From the NCBI GenBank assembly GCA_963733055.1, contig CAVTBR010000003.1:704001-768000 (forward strand): 64,000 nt of DNA, given 5' to 3'. Position numbers and translations under genes: made by a program. Positions 1 to 9,205 of this stretch are shown here, piece by piece. Below the pieces are notes generated by a model. That model was not told the DNA's origin, made no database searches, and saw only the letters and a list, made by a program, of their open reading frames with translations. The stretch comes from Candidatus Bathyarchaeota archaeon (GTDB lineage: Archaea > Thermoproteota > Bathyarchaeia > 40CM-2-53-6). Position 1 is the first letter of the stretch. Each line of letters begins with the position of its first letter.

Positions 1-2
1 AA

Positions 3-83
3 AAGAAGATCCTCTTGACGCAGAACGAGGGGGATTCTGATTTGTACATAAGATTAGGTGAGGTCTCACCCCCAATTGTCTGA
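3..83 (+). CDS. scpA: 3' end of probable segregation/condensation protein A (partial)
   Basis: Frame from nt 3 reads KKILLTQNEGDSDLYIRLGEVSPPIV*, resembling the ScpA C-terminus, and overlaps the start of scpB. Confidence 0.6.
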   Translation, partial: KKILLTQNEGDSDLYIRLGEVSPPIV

Positions 84-711
84 ACCCACGCCCCCGCCCC
101 CACCTGAACCTAAGCTTTCAATCCCGAAAGCCAGAACGAAAGTCGCTTTGATCGAAGCCGCGCTCTATGTCACTGGAAAGCCCTTAGACCTAAAGACGCT
201 GGGCTCGGTCGTGGAATTCAGATCGGAGGACAAGATCAAGGAACTAGCACGGCATCTCAAGGCAAAGTACAGGGCCGACGATAGCTGCCTCGAAGTCTTA
301 GAGTTAAGCGACGGAAGGTTCGTCATGCAACTCAAACCACAGTACGTTAGCCACGTAAAGCGCCTCGCTACCAGGCAACTACTAACGCCAGGCCCCATGA
401 AGACGCTATCCTTCATCGCCTACCGACAACCAGTCACTCAGTCTTATCTCGCGAAGGTCCGCGGAAGCCTAGCCTACTCGCACGTGAGACAACTCCGTGA
501 GATAGGCTTGATTGCTGAGGAGAGATTAGGGCGAACGAAGGTCCTCCGCACGACCCCGAACTTTGCGGACTACTTCAACCTAAGCCATGAACCCCAAGCC
601 CAGAAGAAGCAGCTGGAACGACTCTTCGACAACATCAAAATGCAAAGAACACCGAAGAAAGCCGAAATACCAAACCCCGTTCCAGTCTCAAAACCAGAAC
701 AACTACTCTGA
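58..711 (+). CDS. scpB: SMC-Scp complex subunit ScpB
   Basis: IEAALY..GKPL, TLSFIAYRQPVTQS, RTTPNFADYF motifs; true start may be TTG at 76. Confidence 0.92.
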   Translation: MRSHPQLSEPTPPPPPEPKLSIPKARTKVALIEAALYVTGKPLDLKTLGSVVEFRSEDKIKELARHLKAKYRADDSCLEVLELSDGRFVMQLKPQYVSHVKRLATRQLLTPGPMKTLSFIAYRQPVTQSYLAKVRGSLAYSHVRQLREIGLIAEERLGRTKVLRTTPNFADYFNLSHEPQAQKKQLERLFDNIKMQRTPKKAEIPNPVPVSKPEQLL

Positions 712-838
712 GCCAACTCTACCGACGAGAAAGAACAAAGCTTTCGACCTCAGGTTCTGGTTCCGTCTCGTTTGGCGACGACAAGTGGTCAACGCTAATC
801 CAAAACGCTAGTAAGGCAAAAGCCAGCATAAGTCGAAC

Positions 839-1069
839 TTGAAGTCGAACAAAATGGGGAGGCGTTTGATAGTAGCGGTCGTCCTTGTTGAGATGATCTT
901 CTTGTTAATCTCATTCTTCTTGCTGAGCAAAGCTACAACGCATGTAAGCCTTAGCCAACAAATGGTTCTGGAAATCGTCGGGGTTCTCCTAATCCTAGTC
1001 GCGTTCATAGTGAGTGCTCAATATGAACCACTTAGCGGTGTCCTGAGCGGACCCTCCCTTGGCCCCTAA
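839..1069 (+). CDS. small two-TM membrane protein, unknown function
   Basis: 76-aa ORF with two hydrophobic segments filling the scpB-rps8e gap. Confidence 0.5.
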   Translation: MKSNKMGRRLIVAVVLVEMIFLLISFFLLSKATTHVSLSQQMVLEIVGVLLILVAFIVSAQYEPLSGVLSGPSLGP

Positions 1070-1212
1070 CTGAGTAGATCTCACGACCAAACGAAAAGTA
1101 ACAACCCTAGAAATTGAACCTACCATCGTTAAGGTCCCAAAGTCTGACCTCACAATGCTTAAATGAACCGCTCCACGCCTCTGATCGAAATCGCGATCAG
1201 GAGTTAGTTTGA

Positions 1213-1608
1213 TTGCCCCAATGGCATGGAGATCTTCACAAGAGAAAGAAGAGCGGTGGTAAGAAGCACATTTTCCGCGGTAAGCGCGCGTTTGAGATGG
1301 GTAGCGATCCAGCGCAAACCATTGTTGGAGAGAAGCGTTTTTCGTTACGGAGGGGCCACGGCGGGAGAATAAAACTAGCAGCTCTGGCGGTTGACACAGT
1401 CAATGTAACTGACCCGGCAACTGGAAAGAGCCAGAAGACTGAGATTCAAGGGGTCGCGAAGAATCCAGCTAACGTCGACTACCAACGACGTGGCGTAATT
1501 ACCAAAGGCGCAGTACTCGATACTCCTCTCGGTCAGGCGGTCGTTACTTCGAGACCTGGACAACACGGCGTTGTAAACGCAATCCTAATCCAGAGTACAC
1601 AGAAGTAA
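1213..1608 (+). CDS. rps8e: 30S ribosomal protein S8e
   Basis: WHGDLHKRKKSGGK, NPANVDYQRRGVITKGA, VTSRPGQHGVVNA. Confidence 0.97.
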   Translation: MPQWHGDLHKRKKSGGKKHIFRGKRAFEMGSDPAQTIVGEKRFSLRRGHGGRIKLAALAVDTVNVTDPATGKSQKTEIQGVAKNPANVDYQRRGVITKGAVLDTPLGQAVVTSRPGQHGVVNAILIQSTQK

Positions 1609-1638
1609 GAGTTCGCGCCGTCCTCGAAGGCGTGACGC

Positions 1639-1947
1639 TTGAAACTTCATGGAAAGTCGGTGATCTGGCCGGCGAACCTTGATTCAACTAAATCCAGAAA
1701 AGCCGGGCGAAAACTCGCAAAAGGCCCGGCTGTACAAACTCCCAAGCTGGAAGAGCTAAAGGATGCTGCAACCCAGCTCGCCATCGAACATGAAGCCGTA
1801 GGTGGGAAGTCTAGGCCGAACAGTTGGTGGGAAAAGGGAGGTTATCTCATCGTCCCAAGGGCGAACCCTCGATCCAAACTCCTCCGCTCCCTCGCAACCG
1901 AGATTCGCAAACAGAGAGTTACGAAGGAGAAAGACAAGAAGCCCTAG
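1639..1947 (+). CDS. srp19: signal recognition particle protein SRP19
   Basis: VIWPANLDSTKSRKAGRK, PNSWW motifs; follows rps8e. Confidence 0.93.
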   Translation: MKLHGKSVIWPANLDSTKSRKAGRKLAKGPAVQTPKLEELKDAATQLAIEHEAVGGKSRPNSWWEKGGYLIVPRANPRSKLLRSLATEIRKQRVTKEKDKKP

Positions 1948-1951
1948 CCCT

Positions 1952-3226
1952 TCAAACGTCTCCCACTAAGATAACTTCCACTTCTTCACCCGCCTCGATA
2001 GCTCTGACTGATTCGGGAATCGTCACGATCCCATTAGCGTCGACCATGCTCGCCAACACCGACGAACGCTGAACTTTCAAGGGCTCAGCTAGAAAACCTG
2101 TCTGTCCCCTTTCAACCTTAACGCGCACAAACGTTCGTAGGTTTGGTGCACCTGAGATTCTCTCTTTAAGCACCGCTCTTATCGATGACTCGATCGGGAT
2201 AGGAGATCCAGTCATTTTAGTCAAAAGCCTAGGCACGAAAGTCTTGAAGGCGACGATTGCTGAGACTGGGAAACCGGGCAGTGAGACTATTGGCTTGCCG
2301 TTTATGACCGCTAGTCCGGTTGGCATGGCCGGTCGCATTGCGACTCCATGTACTAGCATGCCGGGTTTTCCGAGGCTGTTGATGCAACCTGGGACGAGGT
2401 CTCTCTTGCCAACCGAAGACCCAGCCGTGACTAGGACTATGTTCGTGGTGCGTAAACCCTTCTTGAGTGCTCGTGTTATTTCTCGGGGCTCATCCTTAGC
2501 TATGCCTAGGTCAACGGTTTCGGCCCCTAGTTCCCGCACCATCGCTGAAATTATGGGACGATTTATGTCGACGATCTTCGCACTTTGATTCGCGGGTTGT
2601 GAGTTTACGAGCTCGCTTCCTGTCGATAGGATTCCTACGCGGACCTTTCTAACGACGAGGACCTTGGTCAGGCCCAATGCCTTGAGTGCTCCAATATCTT
2701 CGGGTCTTAACCGTCTGCCCTTGCGGAGGATCAGCCGACCTGGTGCGAAGTCCGCTCCCTTGCGTGTCACGCCCTCTCCTGGAGTTGTAGTAGAATGGAT
2801 CCCGACCCTGTTCCCCTGTAGCCTTGTCGTGTGTTCGACCATCATGACCGAATCAGCTCCTCGCGGCAAGCGGCTCCCTGTTGCAACCGCGACCGCTTGC
2901 CCTGAGACAATCTTCAAGTGACAAGGTTGGCCAAGTTTACTTTCTCCAACGACCTCCAAAACTACCTCATTAGCCTGAGACGCGCCTTGAAGGTCGTTTG
3001 ATTGAACCGCGTAACCATCCAATGCCGACAGATCAGCTGCTGGAAGGTATCTTCGTGCAATGGCATCTTTTGCCAGGATCCTACCTACGGCATCGTGAAT
3101 CAGAACCCTTTCGGCTCTTTCTTTCATATAGCCAACGGCTTGCAGAAATGCATGATTTGCATCTTCTATGGTTGAGAGTTGCCAGAATCCTTTCGTCTCC
3201 ATAAGCTTCAATCCTACAGTTCCCAA
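1952..3226 (-). CDS. moeA: molybdopterin molybdotransferase MoeA
   Basis: SALDGYAV, ATGSRLPRGADSV, STGSEL, GSSVGKRD, LPGFPVS. Confidence 0.95.
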   Translation of the reverse strand: MGTVGLKLMETKGFWQLSTIEDANHAFLQAVGYMKERAERVLIHDAVGRILAKDAIARRYLPAADLSALDGYAVQSNDLQGASQANEVVLEVVGESKLGQPCHLKIVSGQAVAVATGSRLPRGADSVMMVEHTTRLQGNRVGIHSTTTPGEGVTRKGADFAPGRLILRKGRRLRPEDIGALKALGLTKVLVVRKVRVGILSTGSELVNSQPANQSAKIVDINRPIISAMVRELGAETVDLGIAKDEPREITRALKKGLRTTNIVLVTAGSSVGKRDLVPGCINSLGKPGMLVHGVAMRPAMPTGLAVINGKPIVSLPGFPVSAIVAFKTFVPRLLTKMTGSPIPIESSIRAVLKERISGAPNLRTFVRVKVERGQTGFLAEPLKVQRSSVLASMVDANGIVTIPESVRAIEAGEEVEVILVGDV

Positions 3227-3269
3227 ACGAAGATATTATTCCAGCCCTATGTAACCCAAGCTGACGCTC

Positions 3270-3506
3270 TTGCAATTACCCGCAAGCCTTGCGATCGGAG
3301 TCCTTTCCGTCGGGGCAGTAGTAGTCCTATTGTCGGGACTAGTTGGGTGGACTAGAAGCCGGCGCGAGAAGTCAGCTGAGCCCATCATTGAGCTTGAGAA
3401 ACTCGTGAATTGTAAATCGTGCGGATCGCTCATGCCTGAGGGTGCCCGCAAATGCGCATTTTGCGGTGCTTGGCAGAGGCAGGAACCGATTCCGGAGAAC
3501 AAATAA
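3270..3506 (+). CDS. membrane-anchored zinc-ribbon protein
   Basis: N-terminal TM helix plus CKSCG...CAFCG. Confidence 0.7.
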   Translation: MQLPASLAIGVLSVGAVVVLLSGLVGWTRSRREKSAEPIIELEKLVNCKSCGSLMPEGARKCAFCGAWQRQEPIPENK

Positions 3507-3550
3507 AGAGCTAACAGGAAATGCGCGAACGCCGCCGAACGGACACACGA

Positions 3551-3678
3551 GCCGCCGTATGCGAATGTTACGCAGACGATAGCTCAGTGGTGGAGCAGCG
3601 GATCCTTCGCAAGAAGGAGCTGAAGCTGTTAAACGGGCAGAAACCCGTTGGTCGCAGGTTCGAGCCCTGCCGGCGGCG
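3551..3678 (+). tRNA. tRNA-Asn(GUU) with three introns (8/9: 3559-3580; 30/31: 3602-3624; 37/38: 3632-3642)
   Basis: Joining 3551-3558, 3581-3601, 3625-3631 and 3643-3678 gives a 72-nt cloverleaf: acceptor GCCGCCG/CGGCGGC, D stem GCTC/GAGC, anticodon stem GCGGG/CCCGT around CT-GTT-AA, T arm GCAGG-TTCGAGC-CCTGC, discriminator G; each intron forms a BHB/BHL-type motif. Confidence 0.92.
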
Positions 3679-3698
3679 CTATTGATTTCACTAGCAAG

Positions 3699-4115
3699 TC
3701 AGCTGCTCGGGGTAATGACTAGGAAGTTTTTGCAGACGAGATCTCCGCGTACGTTTTGGCCAGTCGCGATGGTTCCTACGCTATAGGACCCTGAAGGCAA
3801 TCCTCTAGCCAAAGTCACGTTGTATTGCCCAGCTGGGACAACTAGCGTTACGATGGCGTTGGATCCACCGAAGCCTTCCAGGCCTGGGCAGCTAGGTTCA
3901 GGGTAAATAGCGAGATCTGTTGGGCCTCCACCGGAGTAATAGAATTCTATGGGTTGTTTTGCTATTGGAGCCGCGGGTGAGTAGCTTATGGTGGGAGGAC
4001 TTTGCCCATAGGCAAGGTTAGTCGAAGTTAGGATTGCGACAGCAACCATAGCGATTCCCAGTAGCTTCCGCAAATCATAGGTCAAAGTGAAACGCCAAAC
4101 TCCGACGGCTAACAC
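3699..4115 (-). CDS. putative secreted protein
   Basis: Signal-peptide-like N-terminus followed by a beta-rich region. Confidence 0.6.
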   Translation of the reverse strand: MLAVGVWRFTLTYDLRKLLGIAMVAVAILTSTNLAYGQSPPTISYSPAAPIAKQPIEFYYSGGGPTDLAIYPEPSCPGLEGFGGSNAIVTLVVPAGQYNVTLARGLPSGSYSVGTIATGQNVRGDLVCKNFLVITPSS

Positions 4116-4280
4116 CGTAGAGTCGGATATAATCAGTCGGATCGAGGGAGCATGCTATTGCTATGCAGCTCTAATCCTCACCAAATTATCAGCTACAGTT
4201 TTGACAGCAAATAGTGAGAGTCCAAAGGCTAAAGTGTCGCCCAGATTGTCTCGTCGTTCGTAAGTTCCCCAGAATCCTAG

Positions 4281-4715
4281 ATGATCGGATTGTCGAGAGC
4301 GCAGATTCATGAATTTCAAATGAAGGATTACGACGCGATTCTTGGGCTCTGGAAGGCGGCCGGCTTGGTCATCAGGCCGGGTGACGATGTAAGTGGGGTG
4401 CGAACGAAATTGCTGCGAGATCCCGACCTTTTCCTTACCGCGCTGATGGGGGAGGAGATTGTCGGGTGTATCATCGGCGGGTGGGATGGACGGCGCGGAT
4501 GGATATATCATCTGGCCGTGAAACCATCCGATCAAAGGCAAGGTATAGCTACAGCTCTCCTAACCGAGGTTGAGAAGCGTCTGGCTGAGAAAGGGGCGAA
4601 GAAGGTTAACGCTCAAATTTACGAGTCGAATGAGAAGTCTATGAAGTTCTTCAAGAAACGAGGTTACGAAACGCATGCCGACCTTGTAATGGTCGGCAAG
4701 TACCTGAAAGGTTGA
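4281..4715 (+). CDS. GNAT family acetyltransferase
   Basis: GWDGRRGWIYHLAV, QRQGIA acetyl-CoA motif, FFKKRGY. Confidence 0.92.
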   Translation: MIGLSRAQIHEFQMKDYDAILGLWKAAGLVIRPGDDVSGVRTKLLRDPDLFLTALMGEEIVGCIIGGWDGRRGWIYHLAVKPSDQRQGIATALLTEVEKRLAEKGAKKVNAQIYESNEKSMKFFKKRGYETHADLVMVGKYLKG

Positions 4716-4724
4716 GGGTTCCGA

Positions 4725-5789
4725 CTAATTGGCTCGTGCTTCGGGAAGGGGTAGGTATTCACAGATTGGGGAGGGCTTCTCCAAGATGCGGTTTATAGTT
4801 ACTTCGCCGACCATTCGACAATATTTTGATATTTGACCTAGGTTCCAGACTATAATCCTGAGGCTGGCTGCGATAACTGGGTCCTTCACGTAGGCGAGAA
4901 CTTTCTGAGTCAATTTTCTTTCGTCGTTTTCCGCTGACTCGACCATTTCCACCGCCTCGTTGGACATGGCGATGTCTCCGGTGAGAAGGGCTTTCATGGT
5001 TTGTTCTGAGGTCTTGGTTGTCTGTGTTGCGAATTTTGATATGTCGTTCAATATGGCGTCGCTAGTGACCTCCTTATCCTTCAACGCTAGGACTTCGTTT
5101 GCGATGTTCTCTGCTGAATCAGCCATTTCTTCAAGCATCTTAGCGACAACTCTGTTCCCCGCGATATGGACGGGAGACTCAATCCCGATCTTCATGCCCA
5201 CACTCCGATCGCGTATGGCGAGCAGCAACTGCCGCACAATGAGCCAATATATTCTATCTGACTCCTCCTCCATATGCGTGACTTCAGTCGCGAGTTCGGG
5301 CCGCCTCTCAACCAAGGCTTTGATTGAAACGTCAACCATCGAGGTGATGATGATGTGCAGACGGCGCATAAGGCCGTAGATAGGGAAGCGTGTGGGGTCG
5401 ACGAAACTCTGGAGGGTTATCTGTTTGATTGTTTGCTCCACTATACTGAGTCCGGTGAGTCGTTGTGTCGTCGCCCGTATCTCTTCCAGATGGGCCTTCT
5501 TCAATTCATCCTTGGCCTGGATCTGAATGGTGTCATGGCCGAGGATGTAGTTGGCGGTTATGACGCGGGTCAGGAGATGGGTTGAGTTGCAGAGATCGGC
5601 GTTCACTATGCAATTCCTGATTTCGTCCCGTTTGTGTTCGGTGCCGGGGAAGAGTTTCAGTGATCCATCGTCCTCTCGTTTAATGGATACAATGTCTCCG
5701 GCCTTGAGCTTCACATCTTCAACCCAGTCTCGAGGCAGGGAGACGGTGAGAGTTGAGTACCCTACGCGCTGCACTTTACGAGCTTCCAA
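4725..5789 (-). CDS. AbrB-PhoU family regulator (paralog 1)
   Basis: N-terminal RKVQRVGYSTLTVSLPRDW (AbrB-type) plus PhoU helical repeats (EEESDRIYWL, LEEMADSAENIA). Confidence 0.9.
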   Translation of the reverse strand: MEARKVQRVGYSTLTVSLPRDWVEDVKLKAGDIVSIKREDDGSLKLFPGTEHKRDEIRNCIVNADLCNSTHLLTRVITANYILGHDTIQIQAKDELKKAHLEEIRATTQRLTGLSIVEQTIKQITLQSFVDPTRFPIYGLMRRLHIIITSMVDVSIKALVERRPELATEVTHMEEESDRIYWLIVRQLLLAIRDRSVGMKIGIESPVHIAGNRVVAKMLEEMADSAENIANEVLALKDKEVTSDAILNDISKFATQTTKTSEQTMKALLTGDIAMSNEAVEMVESAENDERKLTQKVLAYVKDPVIAASLRIIVWNLGQISKYCRMVGEVTINRILEKPSPICEYLPLPEARAN

Positions 5790-5854
5790 AATCTCGCCTC
5801 GGTGAAATATACTCTAAGCAGTAGAATATATGCTTCTATAGTGTTTTTCACACT

Positions 5855-7160
5855 CTAAACTAACCTAAGGCAACTATAGAGATTACAATAAGGCATCAAG
5901 AAAACTGTATCGCTGGCGTGGGGGCTTACTCTAGTTACTTGGCCACCCGCGAACACGTACGACGAGACGTATTCCGCGATCCGTTTCATTCCGAGGTCTA
6001 TTCTTTGTTCGGGTTCGCTTACGAAAGTCAGCCGGATATGTCCTGCTCCTTTTTCTCCAAAGAATGAGCCGGGTATTGCAACGACACCCTTTTGCTTGAG
6101 CAAGTGGTCGCACAACTCCATGTCCGTTTGATCCATTTCAGCCAGATACTTCTTCATATCAACGAAAAAGTAGAATGCTCCATCTGGCTTCACGGTGGTC
6201 GGCGTCAGGCAAATACTTCTGGATAGATTGTTCCATGAAGTTTCTTCGCGCAAGATACGTTGGAATGACCATCTCTCTCAGATACTTCTCCTTGACATCC
6301 CCAGTCAAGAAGCGCAGCATTGCAAGTTGGCTTAACGTATTTGGTGCTAGCGTCGTGTATTGCTTTATCTTCTCCATGCCGTCAATGACCTGGGCTGGGC
6401 CCAACGCGTAACCTAGCCGCAACCCAGGCACGGATGCCTCCTTCGAAAAACTTCCAGTGGAGATGACTCGTTCGTGTGCTCCGGGTAGGGAGGTGAGTTT
6501 GGGTTGAATGTTTTCGCCGTAGACTATGTCGCGATATGTTGCGTCATATATGATCCAGAAATCGTTGTCAACGGCCATGTCCAAGAGGCCTTTGACAAAC
6601 GGGAGGCGAGCAATCCTTCCCGTTGGATTGTCGGGGCTGAGCAAAACTACAACTTTGGTCCGCCGAGAAACCAACGACTGCAGCAGTTCGAGGCTCGGTT
6701 GGTATCCGTCTTTCACGGAAACCGGCAGTCGCACGATCCGTCCCCCAGCAAGCTGCGCTGCCTCTGAGTAACCGAGGTAAGTCGGGTCGGCAAGGATTAC
6801 TTCGTCGTTCTTGTTGAGTATCGAATGGAAAGCGGCGAAGATAGCTTCGGTGGCTCCTTCGCTCAATATTACCTCGGTTTCGGGGTCATAGGCTTCGCCT
6901 TGATGCCGAGCCCAATCATCCGCGATAAGGCTTCTAAGCTCTAGGTAGCCTCTCGTCCCCGAGTAAACGATCGTTCCCTGAGGATCTTTAGACATCATCC
7001 GAATAATTTCGTTTGACACTTCTTTGGGCGGTGGTAGGCTGGGAGCACCGCCGCCGAAGGAAATTATCTCCTTCCGATTGTTCGCTTCTGCGAGGAGTGC
7101 TGCAACGCGGCGGATGGGGGAGACGTGGAGTGCGCCAACACGGTCAGATAGAGTTACCAT
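5855..7160 (-). CDS. PLP-dependent class I/II aminotransferase (frameshift near 6205)
   Basis: SPDNPTG, YDATY, SFSKEASVPGLRLG in one frame; PDGAFYFF, PGSFFG, HIRLTF continue in another. Confidence 0.9.
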
Positions 7161-7296
7161 CTGTATGCCCGCCATCTCGTGCTTGGTTACTGTGCGCCGA
7201 TTCCTACCTCCGAACTTAAGGTATATGCAGTGCGATAACGCACCAAGTTTGATAACCAACATGTATTACGAGTAAGGAGAAATATCAAGCGAGTGT

Positions 7297-7767
7297 ATGA
7301 TCGAGTCGAGTGGATCGCTCTTGTGTCTAAACTTCGTTGAGGGCGGAAGATGCCACCTCATTGATGGAAAATGCCTCCTGGGCGAACGCGGCGCTACCGC
7401 TAGGAATTCTGATGGAGCATGTGAGTTTCATGGCAAGTTTGACGTGTGGCTGACCAACAGCAACGATGTCTTCATCACGGACATGGGTTTTCCATCGGAT
7501 GAACCGAAACAGTGCTTAGCCCTTGGCGTCAATGAGAACCTTGCTCGAAATATCGCGACGGAGAAATCTGAGAAGTTCGCAACCAGAGTCATGACGAGCG
7601 AGAGGGGATGCGTCCGATGCGGGGCTCGCTATTGGATATCGCAACACCAACGATCGCTAGGGTTACATGAAACAGGGCATAACCATTTCTGTCCGGATTG
7701 CATCGGCCGCGTAACAGAGCAGGAAAAGGAGCGTAGACTAGGGGCTCAGCGTTACTGGTGCGGATGA
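7297..7767 (+). CDS. Cys-rich hypothetical protein (probable metal-binding)
   Basis: Several Cys, including CVRCG and FCPDC pairs. Confidence 0.55.
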   Translation: MIESSGSLLCLNFVEGGRCHLIDGKCLLGERGATARNSDGACEFHGKFDVWLTNSNDVFITDMGFPSDEPKQCLALGVNENLARNIATEKSEKFATRVMTSERGCVRCGARYWISQHQRSLGLHETGHNHFCPDCIGRVTEQEKERRLGAQRYWCG

Positions 7768-7772
7768 CCCCT

Positions 7773-8408
7773 CTATTGGTCAGCCCATGCAGGAATGCAG
7801 TGGAACGGGCATTTGGAGCTGAATTCAGGTATTGGGTTTGCCCGAACGAATTCTCTGCCTTTCTTGAACGCCAGATAATTCAGGCCGATTAGCTCTTCTT
7901 TCTTCCCAGACATGAAGTACTTGATCGATTCCTTGGTCCGGTCGTCGTCAATTTCTGGTGCACACAGGCCGATGAAGGCGCCAAACATCACTGCATTTGC
8001 GAATATTTTGGTATCGTTGATTCCTTTTGATTGGATCTCGCCCTTCAGTTGGTCGGCCATTTCTGTGGCGGGTATACCCAGGCTCTTTACATCGTCTCGA
8101 TCTACTCCGGTTTCTACAAGCGATGAATTGTACAGGACTAGCCCGTTGGGACGGAGGTAGTTTAGAAATTCCATTGAAGGTTGATTCATGATTAACTCAA
8201 TATCAGGCTCTTCTACGATTGGGTTGTCGACTTCTTCATCTGAGATTACAACGTAGCATTTTGCTTTGCCACCGCGTGTTTCCGGTCCATATGATGGGGT
8301 ATATGCAACGTGTTTTCCTTCCAGCATTGCGGCGTAGGCGATGTAGTCGCTCAGCAGTAGGACGCCCTGGCCACCGTGGCCTGCTACAAGCATCTTAGTC
8401 TTGGTCAT
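7773..8408 (-). CDS. 2-oxoacid:ferredoxin oxidoreductase gamma subunit
   Basis: AGHGGQGV, PSYGPETRGG, ANAVMFGA. Confidence 0.93.
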   Translation of the reverse strand: MTKTKMLVAGHGGQGVLLLSDYIAYAAMLEGKHVAYTPSYGPETRGGKAKCYVVISDEEVDNPIVEEPDIELIMNQPSMEFLNYLRPNGLVLYNSSLVETGVDRDDVKSLGIPATEMADQLKGEIQSKGINDTKIFANAVMFGAFIGLCAPEIDDDRTKESIKYFMSGKKEELIGLNYLAFKKGREFVRANPIPEFSSKCPFHCIPAWADQ

Positions 8409-9205
8409 TCTTTCTCAACTCCAAAGCTGTCTTTGTATAACCCCAACGGGAATTTCTTCACCATCTGTTCGTAAACAAAACGCTTAGCGTCAAGCACCGG
8501 CATCTTCCAGTTGATGGCGCATGTGCTCAGGAGCTCCACGAATGCGAACCCTCCGAGGGCTTGAACTTTGAATGCGTTCTCCACGGATTTCTTTGCATCG
8601 AGCAGGTTCTTTATCGTGTACACTTTGCCCCTTTGGCTAGAAATCTCTTGAACCGCCAGGCTCACCCGTTTGACGTATGAGGCGCCATCCATTCCCGCAA
8701 CGAGCTTTGACGCGTCCAGCTCTGTTCCAGTTAGATGGGCGTCTCTGCCGAACGGCGTTGTGCTTGTAACCTGGCCTTCCAGGGTTGTGGGCGCCATTTG
8801 CCCTCCGGTCATCCCATAAATTGCGTTGTTCACAAGGAATATCGTAATCGGTGTCCCTCTCTTTGCCGCGTAGACAAGTTCTAAAAGCCCGATCGAGGCC
8901 GCGTCCCCATCACCCTGAACCGTAAAAACCGTCAACTCAGGCCGTACATGTTTCAAACCCGCGGCCACTGCCGGCGCCCTCCCGTGTGCCGAGACTACAT
9001 GATCGAAGTTGAGGTAGTTGTAGGCGAGAACACTGCAACCGACCGAGTCGATCATCACGGTTTTCTCACGTACACCTAAATCGTCAATCGCCGCAGCTAT
9101 CAGCCTCGTAAGCGTGCCGTGTTCGCAGCCTGCACAGTAATGCGTCGGGGTATCGGTTAACGACTTCAGTTTTCCAACTTTAACTCGGAGCGCTAGTTGG
9201 CTCAT
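8405..9205 (-). CDS. 2-oxoacid:ferredoxin oxidoreductase beta subunit (TPP-binding)
   Basis: YCAGCEHG, SVGC, QGDGD..NNAIYGMTGGQMAPTT. Confidence 0.95.
   Translation of the reverse strand: MSQLALRVKVGKLKSLTDTPTHYCAGCEHGTLTRLIAAAIDDLGVREKTVMIDSVGCSVLAYNYLNFDHVVSAHGRAPAVAAGLKHVRPELTVFTVQGDGDAASIGLLELVYAAKRGTPITIFLVNNAIYGMTGGQMAPTTLEGQVTSTTPFGRDAHLTGTELDASKLVAGMDGASYVKRVSLAVQEISSQRGKVYTIKNLLDAKKSVENAFKVQALGGFAFVELLSTCAINWKMPVLDAKRFVYEQMVKKFPLGLYKDSFGVEKE

Noticed and set aside
3531-3557. Upstream GCCGCCG as the true tRNA 5' end with a fourth intron
   Set aside because: None of the possible cut positions (1/2 to 7/8) gives a 4-bp BHB central helix; kept instead as a leader decoy hypothesis.
3679-4115. 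Integrated element at the tRNA 3' end
   Set aside because: No integrase and no duplicated tRNA 3' fragment was seen in the window.
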